Positions 19,772 to 30,642 of a stretch of DNA of 64,000 nt are shown here, piece after piece. Numbering within the stretch: the first letter of the stretch is position 1; every line of letters begins with the position of its first letter. The stretch covers positions 33,412 through 97,411 of the forward strand of contig NZ_DAIQCD010000004.1 of assembly GCF_036780825.1 (NCBI RefSeq), in the 5' to 3' direction. The notes under the pieces are model-generated. The model worked only from the letters and a program-made list of their open reading frames with translations, did no database searches and had not been told where the DNA came from. Origin of the DNA: Hyphomicrobium sp. Its GTDB lineage: Bacteria > Pseudomonadota > Alphaproteobacteria > Rhizobiales > Hyphomicrobiaceae. Position numbers and translations under genes: made by a program.

Positions 19772-22423
19772 TTACTTATCGAGCATTCTGCTCACGATCT
19801 CGAACACGTCGCGTGACAGACCGGGATTTCGAGCGATGTGTTGCAGCGCCCTTTTTGACGCCGCCCGGCGCACCGGCTCCAGGGAATGCGTGACGCGGAA
19901 AGCGGCCAGCATGCGGGCTGCGATGGAAGGATTGAAGCGGTCTATAGCGAGCACCTGGCGGGTGAGGAACTCGTAGCCGGCGCCGTCCGGCCGGTGGAAT
20001 TGGACCGGATTCTGAAGTGCGAAGACACCGATCAGGGCCCGAACTTTGTTGGGAGCCGTGAGGCTGAACAAGGGATGGCGGGTGAGCGCCCGGATCTGGC
20101 GGAGTGCCGCGCGTTGCGGCGAGCGGGCCTGGGCCGAGAACCAGGTGTCGATGACGAGATGGTCGTCGTGCCAGCGCTCGAAAAAATGCTGCAGGGCCCT
20201 TTCGCGGACGTCGCCCGTGCCGGCCGCGATGAGCGTCAGCGCGTGAGCCTCGTCGGTCATGTTGCTCGCCGTGAAGAAATGATCGGCGAGGCGGGCTTCA
20301 TCGGCGGCCGTGCCGCGCGCGACGAGCAGCGTCAGGGCTCCGTTGCGCAGCGCGCGCCGCCCTGCGCTGGCGGCATCTGGTGAGAAGCGCGCCGGCGGCC
20401 GCATCTCGGCGTAGATCGCTTCGAGGTCGGCGCCGAGTGCCTTGCCCGTAAGCTTGGAGAGCTGGCGATGGGCGCGGAAGATCAGGCCGGGGTCCACGTT
20501 GCGCCCAATGGTGCGGGCGATATCCGCCTGGCTCGGGAGCTTCAGAAGCTCGGCTCTGTAGGCGGGCTCGAGCTCGCTCTTTGCGATCGAGGCGCCGAGC
20601 GCCGCGATGAAGTCAACCGCGCGCGCGCCTGCGCGCTCGCCCTTGCGCAGGCTCTTCACCATGTCGACCAGGACCCGCGTGGCATAGGTGTTCGCGGCCT
20701 GCCAGCGGTTGAACAGATCCTGGTCGTGCACCATCAGGAAGGCGAGGTCGCGATCGGAAAGGTTCTGCGTCACGTTCACGGGCGCCGAGAAGCCGCGCAG
20801 GATCGATGCCACGGGCGGGGATGGCACGTCCACGAAGCGGAACGTCTGCGAGCGCTTCGTTACGTGCAGCACGCAACTGTCGATCGCGTCGTCCTTGTCG
20901 CGCTTGAGCGGGATCTCCTCGCCGTCGCGGCCGATGAGTCCGATGCGCACCGGGATGTGCAGCGGCTTCTTCCGGGCTTCGCCTGGCGTCGGCGGAAGGA
21001 CCTGCTCGATCTTGAGCTCGGCCTGCTTTTTTGCCTTGTCATAGCTCAGGGTGGAGACGAGCTCGGGCGTTCCCGCCTGCGCGTACCAGAGCATGAAGTG
21101 GGAGAGGTCGCGCCCTGATGCGTCTTCGAAGGAGCGGAGGAAATCTTCGATGGTCGCCGCCTGTCCGTCGTGGCGGTCGAAATAGAGATCCATGCCGCGC
21201 CGGAAGTCTTCGGCGCCGAGAATGGTCTCGATCATGCGGACGAGCTCCGCGCCCTTCTCGTAGACCGTTGCCGTGTAGAAGTTGTTGATCTCGATATAGC
21301 TCTCCGGCCGCACCGGATGTGCGAGGGGGCCCGCGTCCTCGGTGAACTGCGTGGCGCGCAGCTTGCGCACGTCGGCGATCCTCTGCACCGTCGCGGAGCG
21401 TTCGTCGGCCGAGAATTCCTGGTCGCGGTAGACCGTGAGGCCTTCCTTGAGGCAGAGCTGGAACCAGTCGCGGCAGGTAATCCGGTTGCCGGTCCAGTTA
21501 TGGAAATACTCGTGCGCGACGACGCTTTCGATGGATTCGAAATCGATATCCGTCGCCGTCTCCGGTGAGGCGAGGATCAGGCGGTCGTTGAAGATGTTGA
21601 GGCCTTTGTTCTCCATGGCCCCGAGGTTGAAGTCGGAGACGGCGACGATGTTGAACACGTCGAGGTCGTACTCGCGCCCGAACTGCCGCTCGTCCCAACG
21701 CATGGAGCGCTTGAGGGCGTCCATGGCCCATTCGGCGCGCGCCTCCTTGCCATGCTCGACATAGATCTTGAGGGCGACCTTGCGGCCGGAGGCGGTCTTG
21801 AAGGTCGATGCGATGTGGCCGAGATCGCCGCCGACAAGCGCGAAGAGATAGGAGGGCTTGGGGAACGGATCGTGCCAGACGGCGAAATGCCGGCCCTTCG
21901 CGAGGCGCCCGCGTGCCACGGGGTTGCCGTTGGCAAGCAGCACCGGCGCCAAGGCGCGATCGGCCTCGATGCGGCAGGTGTAGGTGGCCAGCACGTCGGG
22001 CCTGTCGGGGAAGAACGTGATGCGGCGGAAGCCTTCGGCTTCGCACTGCGTGCAGAAGACGCCGCGCGAGCGATAGAGGCCCTCGAGGGCCTTGTTGGCG
22101 TCGGGATTGATGACCGTCGTGATTTCGAGCGTAAAGGGGCGAGCGGGCGGGCTCGGAATATGAAGCGCGGTTTCGCTCTGCGTGTGGGCCCGTGCGGCCA
22201 GCGGCTTGCCGTCAATCGCGATCGCTGTGAGCGCCAGCTCCTCGCCGTCAAGGACGAGGGGGCGCGAGGCCGCGCCGGCTGCGGGGTTGCGGCGGATCCT
22301 GAGTGCCGCCTTCACCTCCGTGCGCTCCGGATCGAGGGCCACGTCGAGGTCGACGTGGTCGACGAGGTAGTCCGGCGGTCGGTAATCCTTGAGGCGGCGC
22401 GGGCGGGGCGTGTCGGTCTTCAT
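19772..22423 (-). CDS. pepN: Aminopeptidase N (M1)
   Basis: GAMENKGLN, HEYFHNWTGNRITCRDWFQLCLKEG, NNFYTATVYEKGAE. Confidence 0.97.
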   Translation of the reverse strand: MKTDTPRPRRLKDYRPPDYLVDHVDLDVALDPERTEVKAALRIRRNPAAGAASRPLVLDGEELALTAIAIDGKPLAARAHTQSETALHIPSPPARPFTLEITTVINPDANKALEGLYRSRGVFCTQCEAEGFRRITFFPDRPDVLATYTCRIEADRALAPVLLANGNPVARGRLAKGRHFAVWHDPFPKPSYLFALVGGDLGHIASTFKTASGRKVALKIYVEHGKEARAEWAMDALKRSMRWDERQFGREYDLDVFNIVAVSDFNLGAMENKGLNIFNDRLILASPETATDIDFESIESVVAHEYFHNWTGNRITCRDWFQLCLKEGLTVYRDQEFSADERSATVQRIADVRKLRATQFTEDAGPLAHPVRPESYIEINNFYTATVYEKGAELVRMIETILGAEDFRRGMDLYFDRHDGQAATIEDFLRSFEDASGRDLSHFMLWYAQAGTPELVSTLSYDKAKKQAELKIEQVLPPTPGEARKKPLHIPVRIGLIGRDGEEIPLKRDKDDAIDSCVLHVTKRSQTFRFVDVPSPPVASILRGFSAPVNVTQNLSDRDLAFLMVHDQDLFNRWQAANTYATRVLVDMVKSLRKGERAGARAVDFIAALGASIAKSELEPAYRAELLKLPSQADIARTIGRNVDPGLIFRAHRQLSKLTGKALGADLEAIYAEMRPPARFSPDAASAGRRALRNGALTLLVARGTAADEARLADHFFTASNMTDEAHALTLIAAGTGDVRERALQHFFERWHDDHLVIDTWFSAQARSPQRAALRQIRALTRHPLFSLTAPNKVRALIGVFALQNPVQFHRPDGAGYEFLTRQVLAIDRFNPSIAARMLAAFRVTHSLEPVRRAASKRALQHIARNPGLSRDVFEIVSRMLDK

Positions 22424-22591
22424 GGAAACTCAGATAGCATGCGGAACCGGCCGTGAGCTACGGCCATCGCGTTGCGGAACAGGCCGGCCCGGTGTCTTCA
22501 TAGATAGCGTCGCGAGCCCGTTTGAAGGCAAGGTGCTTGGCGCGGCCTCGGAGCGAGCTCCGGCATTGCTGCCTTGTAAGCGCCTGCCGCC

Positions 22592-23191
22592 TCAGCGGTT
22601 GAGTGCGATGACGAGGGTGCGCGGGTTGCCGCCGTTCTCCGCGATGTAGTTCTGGAACAACGTGTTGAGGAACGTGGTCATCTCGAAGCCGATGATCTCG
22701 GCCTCGCGCACCTTGTAGACGCCGCCGCGGCGGACGAGGCGCCAGCGCACGTCGTAGGTGTCTCCGCTCTTCAGAGTGATCCGGCTATCGACGTAGACAC
22801 CGCTCGCCGTCTCCTTCGTCTGGCCCACCATGATGGCGCGCGCGACGGGATAGCGTGGGCCTTCCTTGGCGGCGTAGCGGGAGATGAAATTGATCATGCC
22901 GGCGTAATAGGCTGGCCGGTCCGACTTGGCGAGGCTCTGGGCGTAGGAGCCAAGGGCGCTGATGGCGATGCTCGGCACGTCGGCATGGCTGCGCAGGACG
23001 GTCGCGTATTCGGCCTCAGAGCCAGAGCGCTGAGCGGCGATGAGCTGGTTTGCCACGCGCTGCATGAATTTTGCGGGCGTTTCCGACTGGGCCTGCGTTT
23101 CGGGGCCGGCGAGGGCGACCAGCGAGAGTACCGTTGCCGCGAGCGTGAAAATCGCGCCCCCCCGGGCCAGGCGCTGCCAAACCGTCGTCAT
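22592..23191 (-). CDS. mlaC: MlaC/Ttg2D-like periplasmic lipid-binding protein
   Basis: Signal peptide; ADVPSIAISALG..; C-terminal VRWRLVRRGGVYKVREAEIIG. Confidence 0.7.
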   Translation of the reverse strand: MTTVWQRLARGGAIFTLAATVLSLVALAGPETQAQSETPAKFMQRVANQLIAAQRSGSEAEYATVLRSHADVPSIAISALGSYAQSLAKSDRPAYYAGMINFISRYAAKEGPRYPVARAIMVGQTKETASGVYVDSRITLKSGDTYDVRWRLVRRGGVYKVREAEIIGFEMTTFLNTLFQNYIAENGGNPRTLVIALNR

Positions 23192-23469
23192 CGAGCTTCG
23201 CTCCGCAATTCCTGCCGGTCCGAATCCTCCCTGCGGAGAAATCAACCGCATTTACCATTGAGCATGGCGTTACGCCACAAGTCAAAGCCCTGTGCAGCCG
23301 GGAATATGTCCCGTTCCAAGCCGTGCCGCGCGCCCCGTGAGAGCCGCGCCGACAGCATCCCCCGCGAACGGGCCAAGGGCCGTTGAGCGTCCATGCGCAC
23401 GCGGAATGCTAGCGACCACCCGCGACGGAAATTCGGCGATGGTGAGACTGATTTCGGCAATGCTCATGC

Positions 23470-23492
23470 TTGACACATAAACATATGTTTAT
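23470..23492 (+). promoter_or_regulatory. sigma70 -35 (TTGACA) overlapped by a perfect 16-bp palindrome ATAAACAT|ATGTTTAT; probable SahR operator
   Basis: TTGACA at 23470-23475; palindrome at 23477-23492, 31 bp before the sahR ATG. Confidence 0.8.
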
Positions 23493-23523
23493 ATGTTTGT
23501 CGGCGATTGGAGCCGAAGCCGCC

Positions 23524-24537
23524 ATGACTGGATCTCTTGACAGCGAAAACCTCGTGCTGGCCCTCAAGGCCGCGGCCGAGACCACGCGCCTCAGAATCCT
23601 GCTCCTGCTTGCGGCCGGGGAGCTCAACGTCAAGGACTTGACCCAGATCCTGGGCCAGAGCCAGCCGCGCATCAGCCGCCACCTGAAGCTTTTGGCCGAG
23701 GCCGGCCTCATCGAGCGGTTCCGGGAAGGAAGCTGGGTGTATTTTCACGTCTCAGACCGCTCGGGCGGCGGGCGCCTCGCGCGGCGCATTCTCGACGCGG
23801 CGGACGTGAGCGACCCTGTCCTGCGCCGTGATGCGGCCCGGGCGGAGGCCTTGAAGCACGAGCGAGAGGCCACCGCGCAGGATTATTTCCGAAAGCACGC
23901 GGCTGATTGGGACCGGATTCGCAAGCTCTATGTTTCAGACACAGCCGTAGAATCGGCGGTCGTCGCAGCATTCGGCGGGCAGCCTTTGCGCATGCTGGTC
24001 GATCTCGGCACCGGCACGGGGCGCATGCTCGAGGTTTTGTCGGGCCGCTACCAGCGCGGCCTTGGCCTCGACGTGAACCAGTCGATGCTGGCGTATGCGG
24101 GGAGCCGGCTCAAGACGGCGGGCCTCACTCACGCGGAAGTGCGCCATGGCGACATCTACAACGTAGCGCTTCCCGATGGGGCAGCCGATGGCGTCGTCAT
24201 CCACCAGGTGCTGCACTATCTCTCGGAGCCGGCGCATGCCGTTCGCGAGGCGGCGCGCATTCTCGCCCCGGGAGGGCAACTCGTGATCGTCGACTTCGCG
24301 CCCCACGGCCTCGAGGAACTGCGCGAGCAGCACGCCCACGAGCGGCTCGGCTTTGAAGCGGAGCAGGTGGCGGCATGGCTCGCCGAGGCAGGGCTGTCGG
24401 ACGTCGAGATCGAGAAGCTCGCGCCCGAAACGCATGACGACCGCCAGCAGCTCACGGTGTCGCTCTGGCTCGCGCGCAAGCCGGAGTGTGCGGAGGCGTC
24501 GGGCAGGACGCAGAAACTTGAACGGATCGGATCATGA
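23524..24537 (+). CDS. sahR: ArsR-HTH + SAM-methyltransferase-fold methionine regulator (SahR-type)
   Basis: LKAAAETTRLRIL..SQPRISRHLKLL fused to VDLGTGTGRML; first gene of the metF-metH operon. Confidence 0.88.
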   Translation: MTGSLDSENLVLALKAAAETTRLRILLLLAAGELNVKDLTQILGQSQPRISRHLKLLAEAGLIERFREGSWVYFHVSDRSGGGRLARRILDAADVSDPVLRRDAARAEALKHEREATAQDYFRKHAADWDRIRKLYVSDTAVESAVVAAFGGQPLRMLVDLGTGTGRMLEVLSGRYQRGLGLDVNQSMLAYAGSRLKTAGLTHAEVRHGDIYNVALPDGAADGVVIHQVLHYLSEPAHAVREAARILAPGGQLVIVDFAPHGLEELREQHAHERLGFEAEQVAAWLAEAGLSDVEIEKLAPETHDDRQQLTVSLWLARKPECAEASGRTQKLERIGS

Positions 24538-25472
24538 CACCGCCAGGCAATGAAAGAAAAAGCCGTCTCGTCGGAGCGGGCGAAATCGACGTTTCGTTTG
24601 AGTTCTTCCCGCCGAAGACCGAGAAGATGGAGGAGGCGTTGTGGACCGCGATCGAGCGGCTCACTCCGCTCTGCCCCGAGTTCGTCTCCGTCACCTATGG
24701 CGCGGGCGGCTCGACGCGTGAACGCACGCACGCGACCGTCGCCCGCATCATCGCGGAGACCGCGCTGCACCCGGCCGCGCATCTCACCTGCGTGGATGCA
24801 ACGCGCGAGGAAGTGGACGCCGTCGCGCGGGCTTATTGGGATGCCGGTGTCCGCCACATCGTGGCGTTGCGCGGCGATCCGGAAGGCGGCATCGGCCAGC
24901 GCTACACGCCGACACCGGGCGGCTATGCGAACGCGGCCGAGCTGGTGGCGGGACTGAAGAAGATCGCGAACTTCGAGATCTCAGTGGCGGGCTATCCGGA
25001 AAAGCATCCCGAGAGCGCGTCGCTCCAGGCCGACCTGGACAATCTCAAGGCCAAGGTCGATGCCGGAGCAGACCGCATCATCACGCAGTTCGGCTTCGAC
25101 AATGCGCATTACCTGCGCTTCCTCGAACGCGCCCGTGCGGCCGGCATCTGGGTTCCGATCACGCCTGGTGTGGTGCCGATCCACAATTTCCGTCAGGTGG
25201 CGGGCTTTGCCGTCAAAGCCGGCGCCAGTGTACCGGCGTGGCTCGCGCGCCGCTTCGAAGGGCTCGATAACGATCCAGCGACGAGCCACTTGGTGGCGGC
25301 GGCCGTCGCCACGGAGCAGGTGATGGATCTCGTGGACCAGGGCGTGAAAGCCTTTCACTTCTATACGCTGAACCGCGCAGACCTGGTTTATGCAATCTGT
25401 CATCTGCTAGGCCTGCGGCCGCTGAACGAGGCGCCGCTGGAGACACGCAAAGCCGTGGGGAGCTGGAAATGA
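24534..25472 (+). CDS. metF: 5,10-methylenetetrahydrofolate reductase
   Basis: [38 protein letters not shown]. Confidence 0.97.
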   Translation: MTPPGNERKSRLVGAGEIDVSFEFFPPKTEKMEEALWTAIERLTPLCPEFVSVTYGAGGSTRERTHATVARIIAETALHPAAHLTCVDATREEVDAVARAYWDAGVRHIVALRGDPEGGIGQRYTPTPGGYANAAELVAGLKKIANFEISVAGYPEKHPESASLQADLDNLKAKVDAGADRIITQFGFDNAHYLRFLERARAAGIWVPITPGVVPIHNFRQVAGFAVKAGASVPAWLARRFEGLDNDPATSHLVAAAVATEQVMDLVDQGVKAFHFYTLNRADLVYAICHLLGLRPLNEAPLETRKAVGSWK

Positions 25473-26530
25473 GCAAGAAAGACATCCGCGCCGCTCTCGA
25501 GAAGGCCGCCGCCGAACGTATCCTGATCATCGACGGCGCCATGGGCACCATGATCCAGGGCTACGGGCTCGACGAAGCCGGCTATCGCGGGACGCGCTTC
25601 AAGGATTGGCCGCGCGACGTCAAAGGCAACAATGATCTTCTCGTGCTGTCACAGCCCGGCATCATCGAGGAGATTCACTCGCAGTATCTCGAAGCCGGGG
25701 CCGACATCATCGGCACGAACACGTTCAACGCGCAGCGCATTTCCATGGCGGATTACGGCATGGAGGACCTCTCCTACGAGATGAATGTCGCTGCGGCGAC
25801 GCTCGCGCGGCGGGCTGCCGACAAATTCGAGCGCCTCACGCCGGACAAGCCCCGCTTCGTCGCCGGTGCTGTCGGGCCGACCAACCGTACCGCTTCGATT
25901 TCGCCCGATGTCAACAACCCGGGCTTCCGCAACGTCACCTTCGACGGCCTGCGTGCCGCCTATAGAGAGCAGGTGCTCGGGCTGATCACGGGCGGTGCGG
26001 ACATCATCCTCATCGAGACGATCTTCGATACGCTCAACGCCAAGGCGGCCGGCATGGCAGCGCTCGAGGCGTTCGACGAGAAGGGGGTCGAGCTGCCGAT
26101 CATGATCTCGGGAACCATCACCGACCGCTCGGGACGCACGCTTTCTGGACAGACGCCTGAGGCTTTCTGGTACTCGATGCGTCATCTGAGGCCGTTCTCA
26201 ATCGGCCTCAACTGTGCGCTTGGCGCGGACCTGATGCGTCCCTTCCTCGCGGAGCTGGCGCAGATCGCGGACGTGTGCGTATCGGCTTATCCCAACGCCG
26301 GCCTGCCCAACGCCATGGGCGGATACGACGAGACGGCCGACGACATGGCGGGGAAGACCGAACCGTGGGCGAGCGACGGCCTCATCAATCTCATCGGCGG
26401 CTGTTGCGGCTCCACGCCCGATCATATTCGCCGGATCGCGGAGCAGGTCGCGAAGTATCCGCCACGGAAAATTCCGGAGATCGCGCCGAAGATGCGCCTC
26501 TCGGGCTTGGAGCCGTTCGTGCATGGATGA
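25469..26530 (+). CDS. metH: Methionine synthase, N-terminal half (homocysteine-binding domain)
   Basis: [11 protein letters not shown]; Zn ligands GLNCALG and IGGCCG; ends SGLEP, the normal domain boundary. Confidence 0.95.
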   Translation: MSKKDIRAALEKAAAERILIIDGAMGTMIQGYGLDEAGYRGTRFKDWPRDVKGNNDLLVLSQPGIIEEIHSQYLEAGADIIGTNTFNAQRISMADYGMEDLSYEMNVAAATLARRAADKFERLTPDKPRFVAGAVGPTNRTASISPDVNNPGFRNVTFDGLRAAYREQVLGLITGGADIILIETIFDTLNAKAAGMAALEAFDEKGVELPIMISGTITDRSGRTLSGQTPEAFWYSMRHLRPFSIGLNCALGADLMRPFLAELAQIADVCVSAYPNAGLPNAMGGYDETADDMAGKTEPWASDGLINLIGGCCGSTPDHIRRIAEQVAKYPPRKIPEIAPKMRLSGLEPFVHG

Positions 26531-26550
26531 GGGAGCGGCGGCCGGTCGTT

Positions 26551-26591
26551 CTTTCCCGAGATGGGAGAGGATGCTCGAGGGCAGGTGAGGG
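26551..26591. repeat. Degenerate alphaproteobacterial REP-like palindrome (TCCC..GGGAGAGG..GGTGAGGG type)
   Basis: CTTTCCCGAGATGGGAGAGGATGCTCGAGGGCAGGTGAGGG lies in the gap between the two metH halves. Confidence 0.4.
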
Positions 26592-26733
26592 ACTTCGCAA
26601 GCTTCGTGACGGATAGGTTCAGGCGGAAGCCGCTTGGTGCGGCGCCGGGCCGGGCGTGAGCGGCCAGATCGATGTCGATCGCGTCTCGTGTGCGCGATGA
26701 CGAATAGAAACGTAAACGGATTGTAGTCTAGAG

Positions 26734-29430
26734 ATGACCACGGCAAGCGCAGCGCAGTCCTTCATCAACGTTGGCGAGCGGACGAACGTCACGGGCTCGG
26801 CGAAATTCCGCAAGCTCATCGAAGCGGGAGACTACCCCGCTGCGCTCGCAGTCGCGCGGCAGCAGGTCGAGGCTGGCGCCATGATCCTCGACGTCAATAT
26901 GGACGAGGGCCTGCTCGACAGCGAAAAGGCGATGACGACGTTCTTGAACCTCATCGCGTCCGAGCCCGACATCGCCCGCGTGCCGATCATGATCGATAGC
27001 TCGAAATGGACCGTCATCGAGGCAGGCCTAAAGTGCTTGCAGGGCAAGGCCATCGTCAACTCGATCTCGCTCAAAGAGGGCGAGGCGGCGTTCATCGAGC
27101 AGGCGCGCAAGGTGCAGCGCTATGGCGCCGCCGTGGTCGTCATGGCGTTCGACGAGGTGGGCCAGGCAGATACGGTCGAGCGCAAGGTCGCGATTTGCGA
27201 GCGCGCCTACAAGGTCCTGACCGAGAAAGTCGGTTTTGAGCCCCAGGATATCGTCTTTGATCCGAACATCTTCGCGGTTGCCACGGGCATCGAGGAGCAC
27301 AACGGCTACGGGCTCGCCTTCATCGAGGCCGTGCGGCAGATCAAGGAGAAGTTTCCGCTCGTGCACGTCTCGGGCGGCGTCTCCAACCTGTCGTTCGCCT
27401 TCCGCGGCAACGAGCCGGTGCGCGAGGCGATGCACGCCGTATTTCTCTATCATGCCATCCGGGCCGGCATGGACATGGGCATCGTCAACGCCGGGCAGCT
27501 CGCGCTTTACGACGACATCCCGGCAGAGCTGCGCGAGCTTTGCGAGGACGTGATCCTCAACCGGCGGCCCGACGCCACGGACCGCCTGCTCGATGCGGCG
27601 CCGCGTTTCAAGGGCGACGGCAGCGGCGCCAAGGCCAAGGAGAAGGATCTCTCCTGGCGCGAAGGGACGGTGGAAGAGCGCCTTTCGCATTCCCTCGTGC
27701 ACGGCATCACCGACTTCATCGAGGCCGATACGGAAGAAGCGCGCCAGAAGTATCCGAAGCCGCTCGAGGTCATCGAAGGTCCGCTGATGGACGGCATGGG
27801 CGTCGTCGGCGACCTGTTCGGCGCCGGCAAGATGTTCCTGCCGCAGGTGGTGAAGAGCGCGCGCGTCATGAAGCAGGCGGTCGCCTACCTGCAGCCTTTC
27901 CTCGAGGAGGAGAAGCGGCGCTCCGGCATCGACCAGATGCCGGCGGCCGGCAAGGTCGTCATGGCGACGGTGAAGGGCGACGTGCACGACATCGGGAAGA
28001 ACATCGTCGGCGTCGTTCTCCAGTGCAACAACTACGAGGTGATCGACCTCGGCGTCATGGTTCCGGCGGCCAAGATCCTTGAGACGGCGCGGCATGAGAA
28101 GGCGGATATGATCGGCCTCTCCGGCCTCATCACGCCGTCGCTCGACGAGATGTGCTTCGTCGCCGCCGAGATGGAGCGTGAGGGCTTCTCCTGTCCGCTG
28201 CTGATCGGTGGTGCAACGGCCAGCCGGGTGCACACGGCCGTCAAGATCAGCCCCAACTACAAGCGGGGCCAGGCGATCTATGTGCTGGATGCCAGCCGCG
28301 CCGTGGGCGTCGTCTCGAAACTCCTCTCGGAGACGGAGAGCAAAAGCTACGTCGACAACATCCGGACTGAGTATGTGAAGGTGCGCGAGAACCATCTCGC
28401 GAACGAGGCCAAGAAGGCGCGCATGGCGATCAGCGCGGCGCGCGCCAACCGGTTCGCCATTGACTGGGAGGGCTATACGCCGCCCAAGCCGTCCTTCCTC
28501 GGCACGCGCACGATCAAGAACTTCGATCTCTCCGAGCTCGTGCCCTATATCGACTGGACACCCTTCTTCCAGGCCTGGGAGCTGACCGGCCGCTATCCAG
28601 CGATCCTGAGCGACAACAAGGTCGGCAGCGAGGCGCGCAAGCTCTTCGCTGACGCACAGGCGCTGCTCGAGCGCATCGTGAGCGAGAAATGGTACACTGC
28701 GAATGCGGTCGTCGGCTTCTGGCCGGCCAACGCCATCGGCGATGACATCACGGTGTATACGGACGACACGCGCACGAAGGAGCGGGCGACGCTCTTCACG
28801 CTGCGCCAGCAGATCGCACGCGATCCCTCGCGCAACCGCGCGCATACCGCGCTTGCGGATTTTGTGGCGCCGAAGGAGACGGGGCTTGCCGATTACGTGG
28901 GCGGCTTCGCGGTGACGGCCGGCTTCGGCGAAGACGAAGCGATTGCCGCCCATATCGATAAGACCGACGATTACAGCCGCATCATTGCCAAGGCGCTCGC
29001 CGACCGTCTGGCGGAGGCATTCGCCGAGGCCATGCACGCTAAGGTGCGCCGCGAACTCTGGGGCTATGCGCGGGACGAGACCTTGTCAAACGACGACCTG
29101 ATCCTCGAGAAGTACCAGGGCATCCGCCCGGCGCCAGGCTATCCCGCACAGCCGGACCATACCGAGAAGCGCACGCTGTGGGATCTCATGAACGTCGAGG
29201 CCGAGACCGGCATCGAGCTTACGGAAAGCGGCGCCATGTGGCCGGGCGCATCGGTGTCCGGCATTTATTTCTCCCATCCGAAAAGCCATTACTTCGGGGT
29301 GGGGAAAGTGGAGCGGGATCAGGTCGAGGACTACGCCCGCCGCAAGGGCTGGAGCCTGGAGGAGGCCGAGCGATGGCTAGCGCCGGTGCTCAACTACGAC
29401 CCTATTTCGACGAAGCGAAACGTGGCATGA
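26734..29430 (+). CDS. metH: Methionine synthase, C-terminal half (pterin-binding, cap, B12-binding and reactivation domains)
   Basis: [14 protein letters not shown]12 motif [28 protein letters not shown]. Confidence 0.97.
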   Translation: MTTASAAQSFINVGERTNVTGSAKFRKLIEAGDYPAALAVARQQVEAGAMILDVNMDEGLLDSEKAMTTFLNLIASEPDIARVPIMIDSSKWTVIEAGLKCLQGKAIVNSISLKEGEAAFIEQARKVQRYGAAVVVMAFDEVGQADTVERKVAICERAYKVLTEKVGFEPQDIVFDPNIFAVATGIEEHNGYGLAFIEAVRQIKEKFPLVHVSGGVSNLSFAFRGNEPVREAMHAVFLYHAIRAGMDMGIVNAGQLALYDDIPAELRELCEDVILNRRPDATDRLLDAAPRFKGDGSGAKAKEKDLSWREGTVEERLSHSLVHGITDFIEADTEEARQKYPKPLEVIEGPLMDGMGVVGDLFGAGKMFLPQVVKSARVMKQAVAYLQPFLEEEKRRSGIDQMPAAGKVVMATVKGDVHDIGKNIVGVVLQCNNYEVIDLGVMVPAAKILETARHEKADMIGLSGLITPSLDEMCFVAAEMEREGFSCPLLIGGATASRVHTAVKISPNYKRGQAIYVLDASRAVGVVSKLLSETESKSYVDNIRTEYVKVRENHLANEAKKARMAISAARANRFAIDWEGYTPPKPSFLGTRTIKNFDLSELVPYIDWTPFFQAWELTGRYPAILSDNKVGSEARKLFADAQALLERIVSEKWYTANAVVGFWPANAIGDDITVYTDDTRTKERATLFTLRQQIARDPSRNRAHTALADFVAPKETGLADYVGGFAVTAGFGEDEAIAAHIDKTDDYSRIIAKALADRLAEAFAEAMHAKVRRELWGYARDETLSNDDLILEKYQGIRPAPGYPAQPDHTEKRTLWDLMNVEAETGIELTESGAMWPGASVSGIYFSHPKSHYFGVGKVERDQVEDYARRKGWSLEEAERWLAPVLNYDPISTKRNVA

Positions 29431-29483
29431 TCGGCAATCTCGCCCCTTAGACGGGGGCCGCCATAAAGAGATGAGAGACCGGG

Positions 29484-29843
29484 ATGCCGTTCGTGAACCT
29501 GGCCGTGGCACAGGCGGCTGCGGCGTGGATTGCCGCGCCGAACCTCGTCGGCATGGTAATGGGCTATGGGCCGGGCTACTACTACGTGGTGGCGGCGGTC
29601 GGAGCCGTGATCGTTCTGATCGGCGCGGTGATCGGCTCGCGGATCACGGATAGCATTGCGCGGCCGACGCTGCTTTCGCTCGTTGCCTCCGTCTCGTTCG
29701 CGATCATTGCCGCAGCCCTGGCTCTCGTCGTATTCGGGCCGAGTGTCGGGCACTCCGAGTTTGCGACGCATATGTTCACGTTCTCGCCGGTCGCGGCCGC
29801 TATCGCCGGTTATTTTTTCGCAACGCGCTACGCCGGCGCGTAG
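29484..29843 (+). CDS. Hypothetical small membrane protein (3-4 TM)
   Basis: 119 aa, mostly hydrophobic, GC-ending codons, isolated in an intergenic slot. Confidence 0.65.
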   Translation: MPFVNLAVAQAAAAWIAAPNLVGMVMGYGPGYYYVVAAVGAVIVLIGAVIGSRITDSIARPTLLSLVASVSFAIIAAALALVVFGPSVGHSEFATHMFTFSPVAAAIAGYFFATRYAGA

Positions 29844-30087
29844 GCGGCCCGCTCAATGCGTTATTCCGGAACTCGGGGCCGGCATGCTCTAAAGTGCTGC
29901 ACGGTGTTTGATTCTCGTTGCCGTCCGCTCGGTGCCGCATGCTCCCGTGCCAATGAGCTGAAGGGTATGGCGTCACCGGGTCTTTATCTGATCGTGCTTC
30001 CTTTGCTCCAGGCGCGCTTGCATGGCTTCTCCATGGCGGGCGTCCGCGTTTCCAGAAGCACGCCAACCGGGGGAGGCCTGCCTCATT

Positions 30088-30435
30088 ATGCTTGGACGTC
30101 TTGTTCTCTTGCTGCTCCAGATCGTCATCGGATGGTTTGGCAGCACGGCGATCATGGGCTTCATCAAGTTCGGCGAGTTCCGGCTTTTCATTTTCGCCGT
30201 GGTCGCTGCCATCGTCGTCTTCCTGATCGGCATCATTGCGGCGCAGGTCCTGAAGGATGTGGGCACGCCATCGAGCCACACGCTTTCCTGGGCGCTTGGC
30301 CTCGGCCTCCTGGCCGCGGTGCTCTGGACGTGGGGGCCGCAGCTGCCGCTCTTGTCCGAGATTCCATGGGGACGCGTGCGGGCCGAATATGCGGTGCTGG
30401 CGGCGGCGATCCTGGGCTATCAGATCAAAAGATAG
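30088..30435 (+). CDS. Hypothetical small membrane protein (4 TM)
   Basis: SD GGAGG, then MLGRLVLLLLQIVIGWFG..; followed by a terminator. Confidence 0.75.
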   Translation: MLGRLVLLLLQIVIGWFGSTAIMGFIKFGEFRLFIFAVVAAIVVFLIGIIAAQVLKDVGTPSSHTLSWALGLGLLAAVLWTWGPQLPLLSEIPWGRVRAEYAVLAAAILGYQIKR

Positions 30436-30455
30436 CGCGACCATGCTTGCAAGAA

Positions 30456-30487
30456 AAAGGCGCGAGACCATCAAGTCTCGCGCCTTT
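30456..30487. terminator. Bidirectional intrinsic terminator
   Basis: AAAGGCGCGAGAC-CATCAA-GTCTCGCGCCTTT, a 13-bp stem with an A-tract on the left and TTT on the right. Confidence 0.8.
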
Positions 30488-30558
30488 CCCTTGCGTGTCC
30501 CGCATCAGGAGCGGCGGGGGGAGCTGAACCGTGAGAGGCCGAATGGTCAGGCAAAAGC

Positions 30559-30642
30559 TCAGACCATGCCGACCACGATTGCAGCGAGGAATCCGAATGA
30601 CACAAGTGCAGCAAGCACATTCAGTCGCATCGAGAGTTCCAT
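30559..30642 (-). CDS. 27-aa single-TM small protein MELSMRLNVLAALVSFGFLAAIVVGMV
   Basis: Perfect SD AGGAGG 5 nt before ATG; one hydrophobic helix; downstream terminator with U-tract on this strand. Confidence 0.7.
   Translation of the reverse strand: MELSMRLNVLAALVSFGFLAAIVVGMV

Noticed and set aside
23252..23523. Possible SAM-II or SAM-SAH riboswitch before the met operon
   Set aside because: No consensus segments found; the palindromic operator already explains the regulation.
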